From Spirochaetia bacterium (lineage in GTDB: Bacteria; Spirochaetota; Spirochaetia; DSM-16054; Sediminispirochaetaceae), in the NCBI GenBank assembly GCA_034520965.1, contig JAXHMY010000001.1, positions 128,001 to 192,000 on the forward strand: a stretch of 64,000 nucleotides of DNA, read 5' to 3'. The translations under genes and the position numbers were made by a program. Every line of letters starts with the position of its first letter. Within the stretch, counting starts at the first letter, position 1. Positions 9,982 to 19,553 of the stretch are shown here, piece by piece. Below the pieces are notes generated by a model, which saw nothing but the letters and a program-made list of their open reading frames with translations, made no database searches and was not told the origin of the DNA.

Positions 9982-11004
9982 ATGAATCTAAACGAAAAGC
10001 GTTATGCCAAGTATGCCCTGGTAACAGAGATGCTGGAAACACCCGAAGTAGTGAAAAATTTCGATCTTTCAAGAACAGCCCCCGTCGCAGCCAAAATAAA
10101 GGCCGTCGGCTCGCTGCTGTTCACCGGAGAAGGATCCAGCCGTATTTTCCCGGCCAAAAACAGTATCCGTCGATCCCTTACTGATGGAATGGACCTTACA
10201 GTACATACCGAGGGGTCCCGCCAGGCGGCCATGTACGACCTCTCCCGCACTGCCGTTTTCTGCGCGTCCAACTCCGGCCGTACCAAAGAGGTGGTATTGC
10301 TGGCGAAACAGTTGAAGGCACAAGGCCATGACCAGTTGTATGCCCTCACAGCCAACACAGATACCCCGCTTGAGCAGGTCTGTAATGATACTCTGGTGCT
10401 GAAATGCGGATGGGAGAATGCAGTTGCCGCAACAAAGAGTGTAGTAGAACAGGCGCTCTGCTATGAAACTATTCTGCATCACATCAACAACTCTATTAAT
10501 CAGCTTAACCTGCATATGCTGGCGGAGAATCTGGAGACCGCTCTGACCGCAGAAATCGCCCCCTCGATTGTAAAAAAAGCGGTTCAAGCTCCCACCATCT
10601 ATTTTGCCGGACTAAACGATGGGGCTGCTGAAGAACTCACCCTGAAAACGAATGAAATCACCCGAAAAAAATCGGACTTCCTGGAAGGCACCTATGCGGT
10701 ACACGGAATTGAAGAGGTAATGAGCCCCGAAGATATTGTCTTTGTGATTGATCCGCTTGAGGATGAGATTACCAAATTTCAAGAGGTCCTTGAGCAGGGA
10801 GTAGGCCTTACGGTGGTAGCTATCGCCGACCGGGATACTCCCTTTCCGACTATTAAAGTTCCCGCGACCGGTGCCATGAGCCCGTATGTGTATCTGTGTG
10901 CCGGCTGGAACCTGCTGGTAGAAATCGGACTGGCAGCTGGCATAGACCTGGACAAGCCCGAGCGGGCCCGCAAGGTCGGCAACGAAGTCGCTCCTGAAGG
11001 CTAA
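9982..11004 (+). CDS. SIS-domain sugar-phosphate isomerase (GlmS C-terminal-like)
   Basis: TGEGSS, ASNSGRTKE, VAATKS, ELTLKTNEI, DLDKPERARKV. Confidence 0.85.
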   Translation: MNLNEKRYAKYALVTEMLETPEVVKNFDLSRTAPVAAKIKAVGSLLFTGEGSSRIFPAKNSIRRSLTDGMDLTVHTEGSRQAAMYDLSRTAVFCASNSGRTKEVVLLAKQLKAQGHDQLYALTANTDTPLEQVCNDTLVLKCGWENAVAATKSVVEQALCYETILHHINNSINQLNLHMLAENLETALTAEIAPSIVKKAVQAPTIYFAGLNDGAAEELTLKTNEITRKKSDFLEGTYAVHGIEEVMSPEDIVFVIDPLEDEITKFQEVLEQGVGLTVVAIADRDTPFPTIKVPATGAMSPYVYLCAGWNLLVEIGLAAGIDLDKPERARKVGNEVAPEG

Positions 11005-11105
11005 ACTCCCGAAGGCTGAAATGAAAGGCCGGCTCTCATAGGTCTGTCTCTGCGAGCCGCCTTGCTAATATTGACAGTTCGCCGACATATCATGTACCGT
11101 TCCTC

Positions 11106-12612
11106 ATGCTTAGTTCCGCACTTTTTTTGGATAGAGACGGTACGCTGATTGAAGATGTCGGTTACCTTTCAGACATAGAAGATATTCATTTTATTCCGGG
11201 CATATTCGATATATTAAGACGCTTACAGAAAAGGTATTCTTTGTTTGTAGTGAGCAACCAGGTCGGAATTGCGAAGGGGTTGCTTAGCCACACACAGGTG
11301 AATGCAGTAAATCGCCATATCGATTCGGTTTTTCAGCAGCAGGGCATACACATACAGCAGTGGTTTGTCTGCCCCCACGATCGGGAGGCGGAGTGCAGCT
11401 GTATGAAGCCCGAACCGGGTTTTCTGCTGCAGGCAGCGGAAGAACATGGGCTTGATCTTAGCCGCTCTTTTGTAATTGGCGACCATCCCCACGACCCCGC
11501 TACAGCCGGAGCGGTAGGGGCTTTCGGGCTGTATGTGCTTTCCGGACATGGAATGAAGCATCTGGAAGAGCTTCCCCCGGAGCAGCTGGTTTTTCACGAC
11601 CTGCCCGCCGCGGGAGAGTGGATTCTGGAGCATCCGAATCCAAAAAGCGACCTCGAAGCGGAAGTTGCCCGTGGGGCCGCTGCCCTTCAAGCGGGAGGGT
11701 TGACTGTGTTTCCCACCGAGACAGTGTACGGTATTGGGGCCGATGCCCTGAACCCCGATGCGGTTGCTATGATTTTCGAAGCCAAGCAGCGCCCCCTTCA
11801 CGACCCGTTGATTGTGCATGTAGCCTCCATTCAACAAGTCACCACTTTAGTGGAACATATTCCGCAAAAGGCTGTTCACTTAATGGAGACATTCTGGCCG
11901 GGACCGCTCACCCTCGTTCTTTCCAAAAGCAGCCGCGTGCCGGACATTGTAACCGCCGGAAATCACACAGTGGCCATCCGCATGCCGGGCAATCCTCTGG
12001 CTCTGCAGCTGATTCGTACAGCGGGAGTGCCGGTGGCAGCCCCCAGTGCAAACTTGTTTGGGCGCACCAGTCCTACTACCGCCGGGCATGTAAAAAACCA
12101 GTTGTCGGGCAGTTATGCCGCCTTAATCGACGGGGGAACGTGCCGGGTTGGGGTTGACTACAGATCTCGCTGACCGGAGAAACTCCTGTCATATTACGGG
12201 AGGGTGGACTGGCTCGGGAAGATATAGAAGAAGCTATCGGCACAATTATGAGCCGCGAAGAGGATGGGGAGGCAGCGTACGACGGTCCGGGCACGGCTGC
12301 CGGACCACTATGCCCCCACAACTCCTTTACGACTGGTCGATGATATTGAGCAGTATATGGGCTCTCCAAAAGTCGGCAAACTCTGTTTTCAAAGCCGTCC
12401 AGAGACGCAGGGTTTTCCACAGGCTGCAGACAAGACGGTCCGAATACTCAGCCCGCGGGGGGATGTGCGTGAGGCCGCAATTAATTTGTACCACCAGCAT
12501 GCAGGAGCTGGATGCCATGGGGCTCGACTTAATAGTCGCCGAGTTCGCCCCAAACCATGGGCTGGGCCGGGCAGTCAACGACCGGCTGAAAAAGGCCTCC
12601 CAAAAAACATAG
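11106..12612 (+). CDS. Fusion of a HAD-IIIA GmhB-like phosphatase with Sua5 (TsaC2) threonylcarbamoyl-AMP synthase; C-terminus broken by indels
   Basis: LFLDRDGT, CPH..CSCMKP; in frame with FPTETVYG, KQRPLHDPLIVH, AAPSANLFG; HYAP and GLGRAVNDRLKKA lie in shifted frames. Confidence 0.85.
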
Positions 12613-12637
12613 CCCCTAGAACAATTTGATTAGCACT

Positions 12638-13029
12638 CTATTTTTCCGGTTTTATATCAAGAATCGGGGTGCCGTCCAACATGTCTAGTCCACTTACGCC
12701 TATCCGGTTTCCCCTCACTCCCGTCACTTTGAGTTTAGAGATACCAAGTTGATTTGGACGAACCGGAGAACGGGTACTGAATACACCTCGTAGAACTCCC
12801 CGACTGGGAGGCCTCACCCGCAGATGTTCCCGGCGAAAGGGTGCGACCTCCGCCGTAAGTCAGAACAGCTGCGCTCAATAGAGCTGCCAGCCCTAATGTC
12901 GGTGAGTCCCTCTTCATACTGCTCATCAATCACCAATTCGCCCCTCACATCTGATATTGAGTAAAAACGCGGGACCGAGCTTGCCTTGGTAGACACATAT
13001 CCGATCGGATCTAATGAAATACTGACCAT
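12638..13029 (-). CDS. tsaA: tRNA m6t6A37 methyltransferase TrmO/TsaA family (frameshifted)
   Basis: N-terminal LDPIGYV; in another frame RGVFSTRSPVRPNQLGIS...GLDMLDGTPILDIKPEK*. Confidence 0.85.
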
Positions 13030-13165
13030 TTTGTTCTTTCCTTCACAAGCCAGCTTATGGAAAATGCATTTAAGCCTCAAGGGAATAGCTTTTATACTGC
13101 CGTTTTTTTAGCAAAGATTTAGCATGGATGCTTACAAATTGAGTCATTTAATATATATTTTAAGT

Positions 13166-14761
13166 ATGCCCCTGATAGAAAGAAAAAGCATAGAACGTCT
13201 CACTCCCACAGAAATACTCTACAGTAATGCCGGCAGTTTGCTGAAAGCCGGACAACCGGTAACCGACAATGTAATTGGCGAACTCGCCAAGCGGCGAGTT
13301 CCTTATGTTGAAACCTGCCGTCCTACCCAAGAGGAAGTTGCGGCTGCAGAGGGAGACCGAGAAGCGGCTATCGAAGAAATGGGAAAACTCATCCTCAATG
13401 AACAGCAGCAACAATTTAACTCATTGAGGGAACGGCTGATAGAAAATTTAAAGTCTATATACTTGCCTTATAGCGAAGAGGACCGCAGTTTTCACAGCCG
13501 CGGTCGAAAAAAGCAGATCAGCCGCGGCGATTTACTTACCAACAGCCTCAATCCCCTCGTCAGAGATGATGTAGCGGCCGGCAGCGCTGCGGTAGTAGAT
13601 GCAAATGTGCTGCGGTTTACCCGTGAGTTCATCAACACTTTTTACTCCTTGCTTGCCGATCGGGAGGCACTGACACCGGAAACCCGCAAAAAAAGAAAAG
13701 TAATCCACAGATTGCACTTGAGCAAAGTACGGCTTCACAGCCATTACGACGGCGAGCGAATCAACTCCGTGGGAGATGCTCTTGCAGCTCAAGCTGCCGA
13801 CACTATGCTAATGTTCCTGCATGCCATGGTAAATCTTAATAAAAAGCGAATTTTAGCCGGTAAACCACTCTCTGAATCGAAATACCGCCCCGAGCTTAAA
13901 AAGAGCACGGATGAGGTATACCGCTACGATGAAGATTTTATTAAGGAGGCAGCCCTGGGCGTAGCGCTGATGAACCTGGGCCTCGCGCACAAGGACGTCC
14001 ATCGACTTCTGCCTACATCAACCCTTAATCCGGACAATCGCAGCGATCAGCTGCGGATTCGTACCCTGCAGCGAAGCGTGTATGCGGGCCAACATTTATT
14101 GGATCGCGAGGATATATCCTCCCTTGCACGAATGATGGTGAGCCTGCAGTTCGACTTTCCCGATGCAACCGGTTACCCGCCGCCCTTTAAAAACCGTTTT
14201 CTCCACGATTTTGTGCGGCTTTTTCAGATAGTACGCACCTACGATGAAATGACCAATCCGGTTCTGGGCCGTACAGCTTATAACCGGATGGATGTAATTC
14301 GTTATCTCCGTGAACAGAGCGGTGAATACGCACCAACTAAAACTCCCCCGGGGGAACATGCCAAATTCGATTCAAATTTAGTAGAGGAGTTTATTTCTAT
14401 ACTGGCACCGTATCGAAAGGGCGAACTTGTGTTCTTATACCCCGGCTCCAGGCGCAGTGAACATATTTATGTGGGAAAGGTCCACAGCTACCTTGATTCA
14501 CATCTGCCGCTCATTTCAATTCTCAAAGATGAAAAAACCGGCCGCCGCTACCGGGACGGGCAACTGCTGATTTACGTCCCTAAATCGATGCTGTTTGTAA
14601 TGAAGAATGGCAAAGTACTCAAGCGTAACAACTTCGGATGGATAAAAGAGCTCCAAATATATGACAAACATGTAGATGCCGGACATGTGAATGAATACGA
14701 GGACTTCATTTTCGGACGGCAGCGCTCCTTCGCGAAGCAGCTGAAAACTGCACGCAGATGA
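13166..14761 (+). CDS. Degenerate HD-GYP-like domain protein
   Basis: DATGYPPP, QIVRTYDEMT, KFDSNLVEEFI..PYRKG fit the HD-GYP C-terminal pattern; HD and HHE ligands replaced. Confidence 0.65.
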   Translation: MPLIERKSIERLTPTEILYSNAGSLLKAGQPVTDNVIGELAKRRVPYVETCRPTQEEVAAAEGDREAAIEEMGKLILNEQQQQFNSLRERLIENLKSIYLPYSEEDRSFHSRGRKKQISRGDLLTNSLNPLVRDDVAAGSAAVVDANVLRFTREFINTFYSLLADREALTPETRKKRKVIHRLHLSKVRLHSHYDGERINSVGDALAAQAADTMLMFLHAMVNLNKKRILAGKPLSESKYRPELKKSTDEVYRYDEDFIKEAALGVALMNLGLAHKDVHRLLPTSTLNPDNRSDQLRIRTLQRSVYAGQHLLDREDISSLARMMVSLQFDFPDATGYPPPFKNRFLHDFVRLFQIVRTYDEMTNPVLGRTAYNRMDVIRYLREQSGEYAPTKTPPGEHAKFDSNLVEEFISILAPYRKGELVFLYPGSRRSEHIYVGKVHSYLDSHLPLISILKDEKTGRRYRDGQLLIYVPKSMLFVMKNGKVLKRNNFGWIKELQIYDKHVDAGHVNEYEDFIFGRQRSFAKQLKTARR

Positions 14762-14790
14762 TTCCTGAATAGTTGTCGGTTAGTTGCCGG

Positions 14791-15492
14791 TTAGTTGCCG
14801 CGGGCTTCGGCCTTCTTGCTACGTTTCTGCTCGAGCATATTGTTGAGCCACTTGTAAATCACCGGAAAAGCCTCTGCCACGTACCCCTTCTTGGGGATCA
14901 TAAAAAGGAAAGCCTGTTCCCTATCCGGTACCACCGCGATGTGACGCAAGTACTTCGGCTGCTTCAGTTTCTGTTTGAGGTTTAACAGATCTTTTTTTAT
15001 AGCATCATCCGCATAGTAGAGCAAAAAATCATGTTCCCCCCAGCGAAGTTCTTCCTTCTGAAGCTGATCTTCATTAGTAATTTTCGGTCCGCGAAATCGG
15101 GAGTATTTTTCTTCAATCAGATGTCCTTCACTTACCAGACCCATCGCCTTTTTTGAGAAGAACAACATCAGAAACAGGCGATCGAAGCGAAAGGTCAGCA
15201 AGGAAAATGGAAGATACAACCATGACTGCCTCGGCAGCAGAGTAATGGTGGCATCTACACGGCGTATAAAACTGTTTTTCTTCGGGATCAGATTGGCATG
15301 GTATCCGGTTTCTCCCCCAATTTTTGTAAAACTTTGATCCTTTGGTTTAAGGGTATCTACTAGAGCATTGAAAGCAGAGAGAAAAATTCGCTTATTACCA
15401 CGATGTCCCCAGCTATAGCCTAGAGTAAGCAGAATAGTAGCTGCAATAAAAAGATAGAATATTGGTTGTTGTGTTACCTCTACTTCGCCCAT
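14791..15492 (-). CDS. N-terminally membrane-anchored hypothetical protein (possible CCDC47/DUF1682-like)
   Basis: 233 aa, single N-terminal TM; starts 1 nt after the ATPase stop codon. Confidence 0.8.
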   Translation of the reverse strand: MGEVEVTQQPIFYLFIAATILLTLGYSWGHRGNKRIFLSAFNALVDTLKPKDQSFTKIGGETGYHANLIPKKNSFIRRVDATITLLPRQSWLYLPFSLLTFRFDRLFLMLFFSKKAMGLVSEGHLIEEKYSRFRGPKITNEDQLQKEELRWGEHDFLLYYADDAIKKDLLNLKQKLKQPKYLRHIAVVPDREQAFLFMIPKKGYVAEAFPVIYKWLNNMLEQKRSKKAEARGN

Positions 15493-15493
15493 G

Positions 15494-16427
15494 TTATTTG
15501 TTCTCCTGAAAAGTTTGTATTAGGTTTTTATCCATTATGTAGCAGGTGGGTTCCGGTTCGGCTATGTTGGGCACCCGTTCGACAGTTACATCGGAGCGGC
15601 CCTTCAATAACTCCTGTTCCACCCTTTGTGCTATATCGCTGTTTGGATTGTCGAGTTTATTGTGAAACACAGTATGCATCGGTAAATCAAGGTCTTTTAC
15701 TCCGGTCATGAGCCGCTGGGATTCCCGTAAAGAGAGATAGTCTGGGTTAAAAACCACGCAGATGCTGTTTTTGTCACCCCCCAGCCAATTCTGGACATTC
15801 TGATACCGCTCCCGCATATCCAGCAGCTTTCGCATCACCGTGTCCTCCGACTCCAAATAAGCCAGTTTCGTACCCTTCTCATTGTACTTTCCGCTGAGTT
15901 TGTGAATCGTATAACGTTTCTCCAGAATCTGTTTGCGGAGTTTAACCAAACGGTCAATCCAGGCCACCGTTATTTTAGGTAAGGCCGGAAGATTTAAGGG
16001 TAAGCCCGGTGGGCGGAGTATCAATGATAATATAATCGTAGTTCTCCTGCTCTTCCCTAAAGAGTTTTTCCATGGCGGTAATGGCGGCGTATTCTTCTAC
16101 CCCGGGTGAATATTTTAGTACATTAAAGTAGCTGTCCATATTGAAGGGTTGCATGTAGCTATACACCTCGTTCAACAGGGACATATTAGCCTCAATATAC
16201 TCATTGGCAGATTGCTCTAAGTCAGTCTCCTGTAAAAAAAGGTTTGTCTTCTTAAACCGTTTTTTACGGTGGCTGAGTTTAATATGAAAAATGTCGCCAA
16301 GGTTATGAGCCGGATCAAAGGAGACCGCTAGGACGCGGTTGCCCGCTTCCATCAGCTGCCAGGCAACTGCGGAGGCCAAAGTAGATTTGCCTACCCCTCC
16401 CTTCCCACTGAAAAAGATCGTTTTCAT
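15494..16427 (-). CDS. Single-domain ArsA/Get3-family ATPase (frameshift near 15985)
   Basis: GKGGVGKST, SFDPAHNLGD, SPGVEE, DTPPTG, VFNPDYLSLRES, HNKL across two overlapping ORFs. Confidence 0.88.
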
Positions 16428-16454
16428 GAGTAAAGCCTTTTGTTATGCATAGAA

Positions 16455-16757
16455 TTAATCAATGTCCAACAGACTTGCCATATCGGCAAGAGAATCGAAG
16501 GAATCCTTCGCGCGTTCGTTCAGGACTTTGATTTCGTGCTCCAGATGAGGTAAGAGTTCCGCCGCCACAAAGGATGGGGGCGACGGAATTCCTGTAAATG
16601 AGCCCATCAGCAACAAAACAAACAGGTTCTCAAGTTCCTTAACTTCGAACTCGGTTACCTCGGTTACCTTGTTGCGATGGGATTGGTCCATGGTGGAAAA
16701 GAAAAAACGTATATATCCAAAAATTCTGGCGAACACGCCGCCTTTTCCACCATGCAT
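16455..16757 (-). CDS. Small CstA-associated protein (cory-CC-star-like, no terminal Cys)
   Basis: ELENLFVLLLMGSFTGIPSPP...ELLPHL motif; lies between cstA and the ATPase. Confidence 0.7.
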   Translation of the reverse strand: MHGGKGGVFARIFGYIRFFFSTMDQSHRNKVTEVTEFEVKELENLFVLLLMGSFTGIPSPPSFVAAELLPHLEHEIKVLNERAKDSFDSLADMASLLDID

Positions 16758-16762
16758 AGGAC

Positions 16763-18482
16763 CTAGGCCTCTGAAGTCAGAGGTTTGTTTTTGTTTTTGA
16801 GGAAGTCGATGATAAACACAAAGTTCATAATCAACATCACAATTTCAATCAGCAGTACTACAATTCCTGTAGTAGGATTGGATTCAATGGTTCCCGGCAG
16901 AACAACAACTGAAAACCAGATAATAGCCGCGGTAACAGTGATCCACAGCAGGTAAGCCGGAATCAGTACTATGTTTGCATTCTTGGCTTTCTGCCGTTTG
17001 ATTACCCAGGCGGCACCGGTCAGCAATGCGATCGACGCAATCAGCTGGTTCGCGGAACCAAAGGAGGGCCACAAAATAGTAAAACTACCGCTCCATGCCA
17101 GGTAGATACCGATAATCGCAGGTATTGTAGAAGCAATCCAGCGGTTGGTCAGGAAGTTAAACATACCCTCATTTCTGTCTTTCATCGGAAGAAGGATTTC
17201 TGAAAGGGTGTAGCGACCCAGACGGTTGGTAGTATCCAGTGTAGTCATTGCAAATGAGGCAACCCACATTCCTGCAATAACCTTTACAATCTCAGTTGGC
17301 AGAATTGTGAGGAAGGTACTGTCTACCATCGCCGCGTAGGAATTGGTAAAGACAGTTGCAGCACCGTAGCTGGCGTTCATTGCGCCGGCGTACGCGTTGC
17401 CCCAGTTAGCGGCGGTAAGATCTTGACCTGCACCTTGAATGATGGAAAGGCCGAAACCGGAGACCGAAATGATTACAACAGTCGACAAAAACCCCTCGGT
17501 CAACATCGCCCCGTATCCAATCGGCAGACCATGGCTCTCTTTTTCAATCTGCTTGGAAGTTGTACCGGAACCTACCAATGCGTGGAACCCCGAAAGAGAA
17601 CCACAGGCGATGATCAAAGGAATAACCGGCCAGAATGGAGACGGCTGACCGCCGGATACGATGGGTGCAAAGGAAGTGAATGCCGGAGCGGTAAAGCCTG
17701 CAAAACTAAAGATAGCGGCGATACCACCGATTGCAAGCCCGATATACAATAACCAGGAGTTCAGGTAGTCACGGGGCTGCAGCAGGATGTTTACCGGTAC
17801 TGCCGATGCAATAATAATGTAGAAGAACATTACCAGCATCCAAGTATCCCGACTGGCGTTTATTGGGAACTGGTGTCCGCCGATAATTGCCAGTATCAGC
17901 ATTGCAATACCAATAAGGGTAGCGGCGGTAAAGTTCATCTTTACCCGATACAGCAGCACACCCAAAATGAGAGCGGCAACCAATTTCAGGATGTAAGCAC
18001 TGGGTACCTGGCCGTTTGCAACAAACATATTACCCAGTACCGCACCAAAGGCACCGATTACCAGAATCAGCAGGAAGAATACCAGCCAATAAAAGGTCTT
18101 TCCTGTGCGCTTTGAGATAACATCGGAGGCGACGAACTGTACCGACCGTCCGTCATAACGAACCGAGGCCATCAAAGCCAGATAATCGTGTACCGCACCT
18201 ATAAAGATGTTTCCAAACCAGACCCACAGGAGTCCCGGAACCCATCCCCAAGCCATTGCAAGAACCGGACCAACGATTGGTGCGGCACCGGCGATGGAGG
18301 CGAAGTGGTGCCCGAATAGAACCGGCGCCTTTGCAGGAACATAATCTACCCCGTCGAACATACGCTGCGACGGAGTCTCATCATCAGTAGCTTTTACTAC
18401 GCTCCGGTTCAAGTTTCCTACCATAGGTAAGATACAACAGAACATACACAGCTAAACCGACTACAACAATGAGAGTAGTCAT
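16763..18482 (-). CDS. cstA: Carbon starvation CstA family transporter (indel near 18406; true start 18482)
   Basis: LFGHHFASIAGAAPIVGP, LLQPRDY, IACGSLSGFH, GYGAMLTEG, TTLDTTNRL, FGSANQL; SD GGGAGG then MTTLIVVVGLAVYVLLYLTYGRKL. Confidence 0.93.
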
Positions 18483-18608
18483 ACAATAAACCTCCCGTAA
18501 AATAGATATTCTCATTAAAATACGGGAGGTCGCTTAAGTCAAGCCCTTTTTTCAAATCTTAGAGCTAACTAATTTAATAGAGTAAATAAATTTATTAGTT
18601 GAGACCGC

Positions 18609-19104
18609 CTAGAATCTGAAAAAGCTGTATTTATTCTTATAGTAACTGTCCAGAAAACCAATCTGTTTCTGTAGGTAATCGTAGTGGCCCCGTTCCCAGT
18701 CGGCCAGATAGTTAAAAAACTCTTTTAACTTATCCTGATCAGATGCCTGGGCCATCTCTTTATAAAACTTCGCAGATTCAAGTTCGAGTTTGATTCCGAT
18801 TGACATGGTGGACATTTCAAAATCCTTGTTTCCAACCTTGTCCTTAAATTCCCTGGTAAAGATAGGGCTCTCGGCATCTTCGAAGGTGGTTGGCTTTGGA
18901 AGGTCCGGCACCGTCACATCGCGTCCTTCTGAATACTCAGTGGCTAGTTTTACCAGGGTATCCAGGTGAGTTTGTTCTTCATCAGCCAGCATTTTGAACA
19001 CGTCTCTCGCCTTCTTATCATCTGTTTTGTCCGCCGCGGCCTTATAAAGCTCACGCCCTCGATTTCGCCTTTAATAGCTGTTTCGAATGCTTGTTTAGAT
19101 CCAT
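18609..19104 (-). CDS. Rubrerythrin/ferritin-like diiron protein (two indels at the 5' end)
   Basis: Reconstructed AFETAIKGEIEG.ELY...LADEEQTH...IKLELESAKFY...LADWERGH; SD GGAG before ATG 19104. Confidence 0.85.
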
Positions 19105-19195
19105 ACTTAACTCCTTTTTTCATTTTGCTTCTGATTCCAGTATAATAAAACCACTTGCTGAAATCAAAAAAGCGTTGGGTTTTTCTTTGATATGT

Positions 19196-19522
19196 CAGCA
19201 ATTCTAAATTTGGAAGTCTTCCGACTTCCAAATTTAGAATTTGCTTCATTTTCTTAGTAAAAATTGGTAGATCAATACAGTTGGAGGCATTCTCAGTTTG
19301 GATAGTGCAATGCACTATCCAAACTGAGAATTGCTGTGATATGTCTTTTAGGCTTGTATTTTGCAAAAAAAGGTTCTTATACCAGCAATTCCAAATGTAG
19401 AAGTCTTTCAGACTTCTACATTTGGAATTTGCTTCAAATACTTAGCACATATTACAATTTCTTAACACGATGAGGCATCAGAATGTGAAGTGTGCATCGC
19501 ACACTTCACATTTCGAATGCTG
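19196..19522. repeat. Array of four related long hairpins in alternating orientation (REP/REPIN/BIME-like)
   Basis: Perfect stems of 19 bp (19200-19241), 21 bp (19289-19331), 20 bp (19387-19429) and 14 bp (19482-19512) with shared CAGCA(A)TT and TGCYTC flanks. Confidence 0.85.
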
Positions 19523-19553
19523 CTCTGATACTTAACAAGTAATGTGGTCAAAT

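Noticed and set aside
15494..16427. Arsenic-resistance ArsA
   Set aside because: Single domain, no evident metalloid-binding Cys set, and no ars genes nearby.
18950..19366. 138-aa ORF from the track
   Set aside because: Chimera of the hairpin array and a shifted piece of the rubrerythrin gene.
19196..19522. CRISPR array or integron attC sites
   Set aside because: Units alternate in orientation and are not identical direct repeats; no cas or integrase gene; no RYYYAAC/GTTRRRY ends and no cassettes between units.
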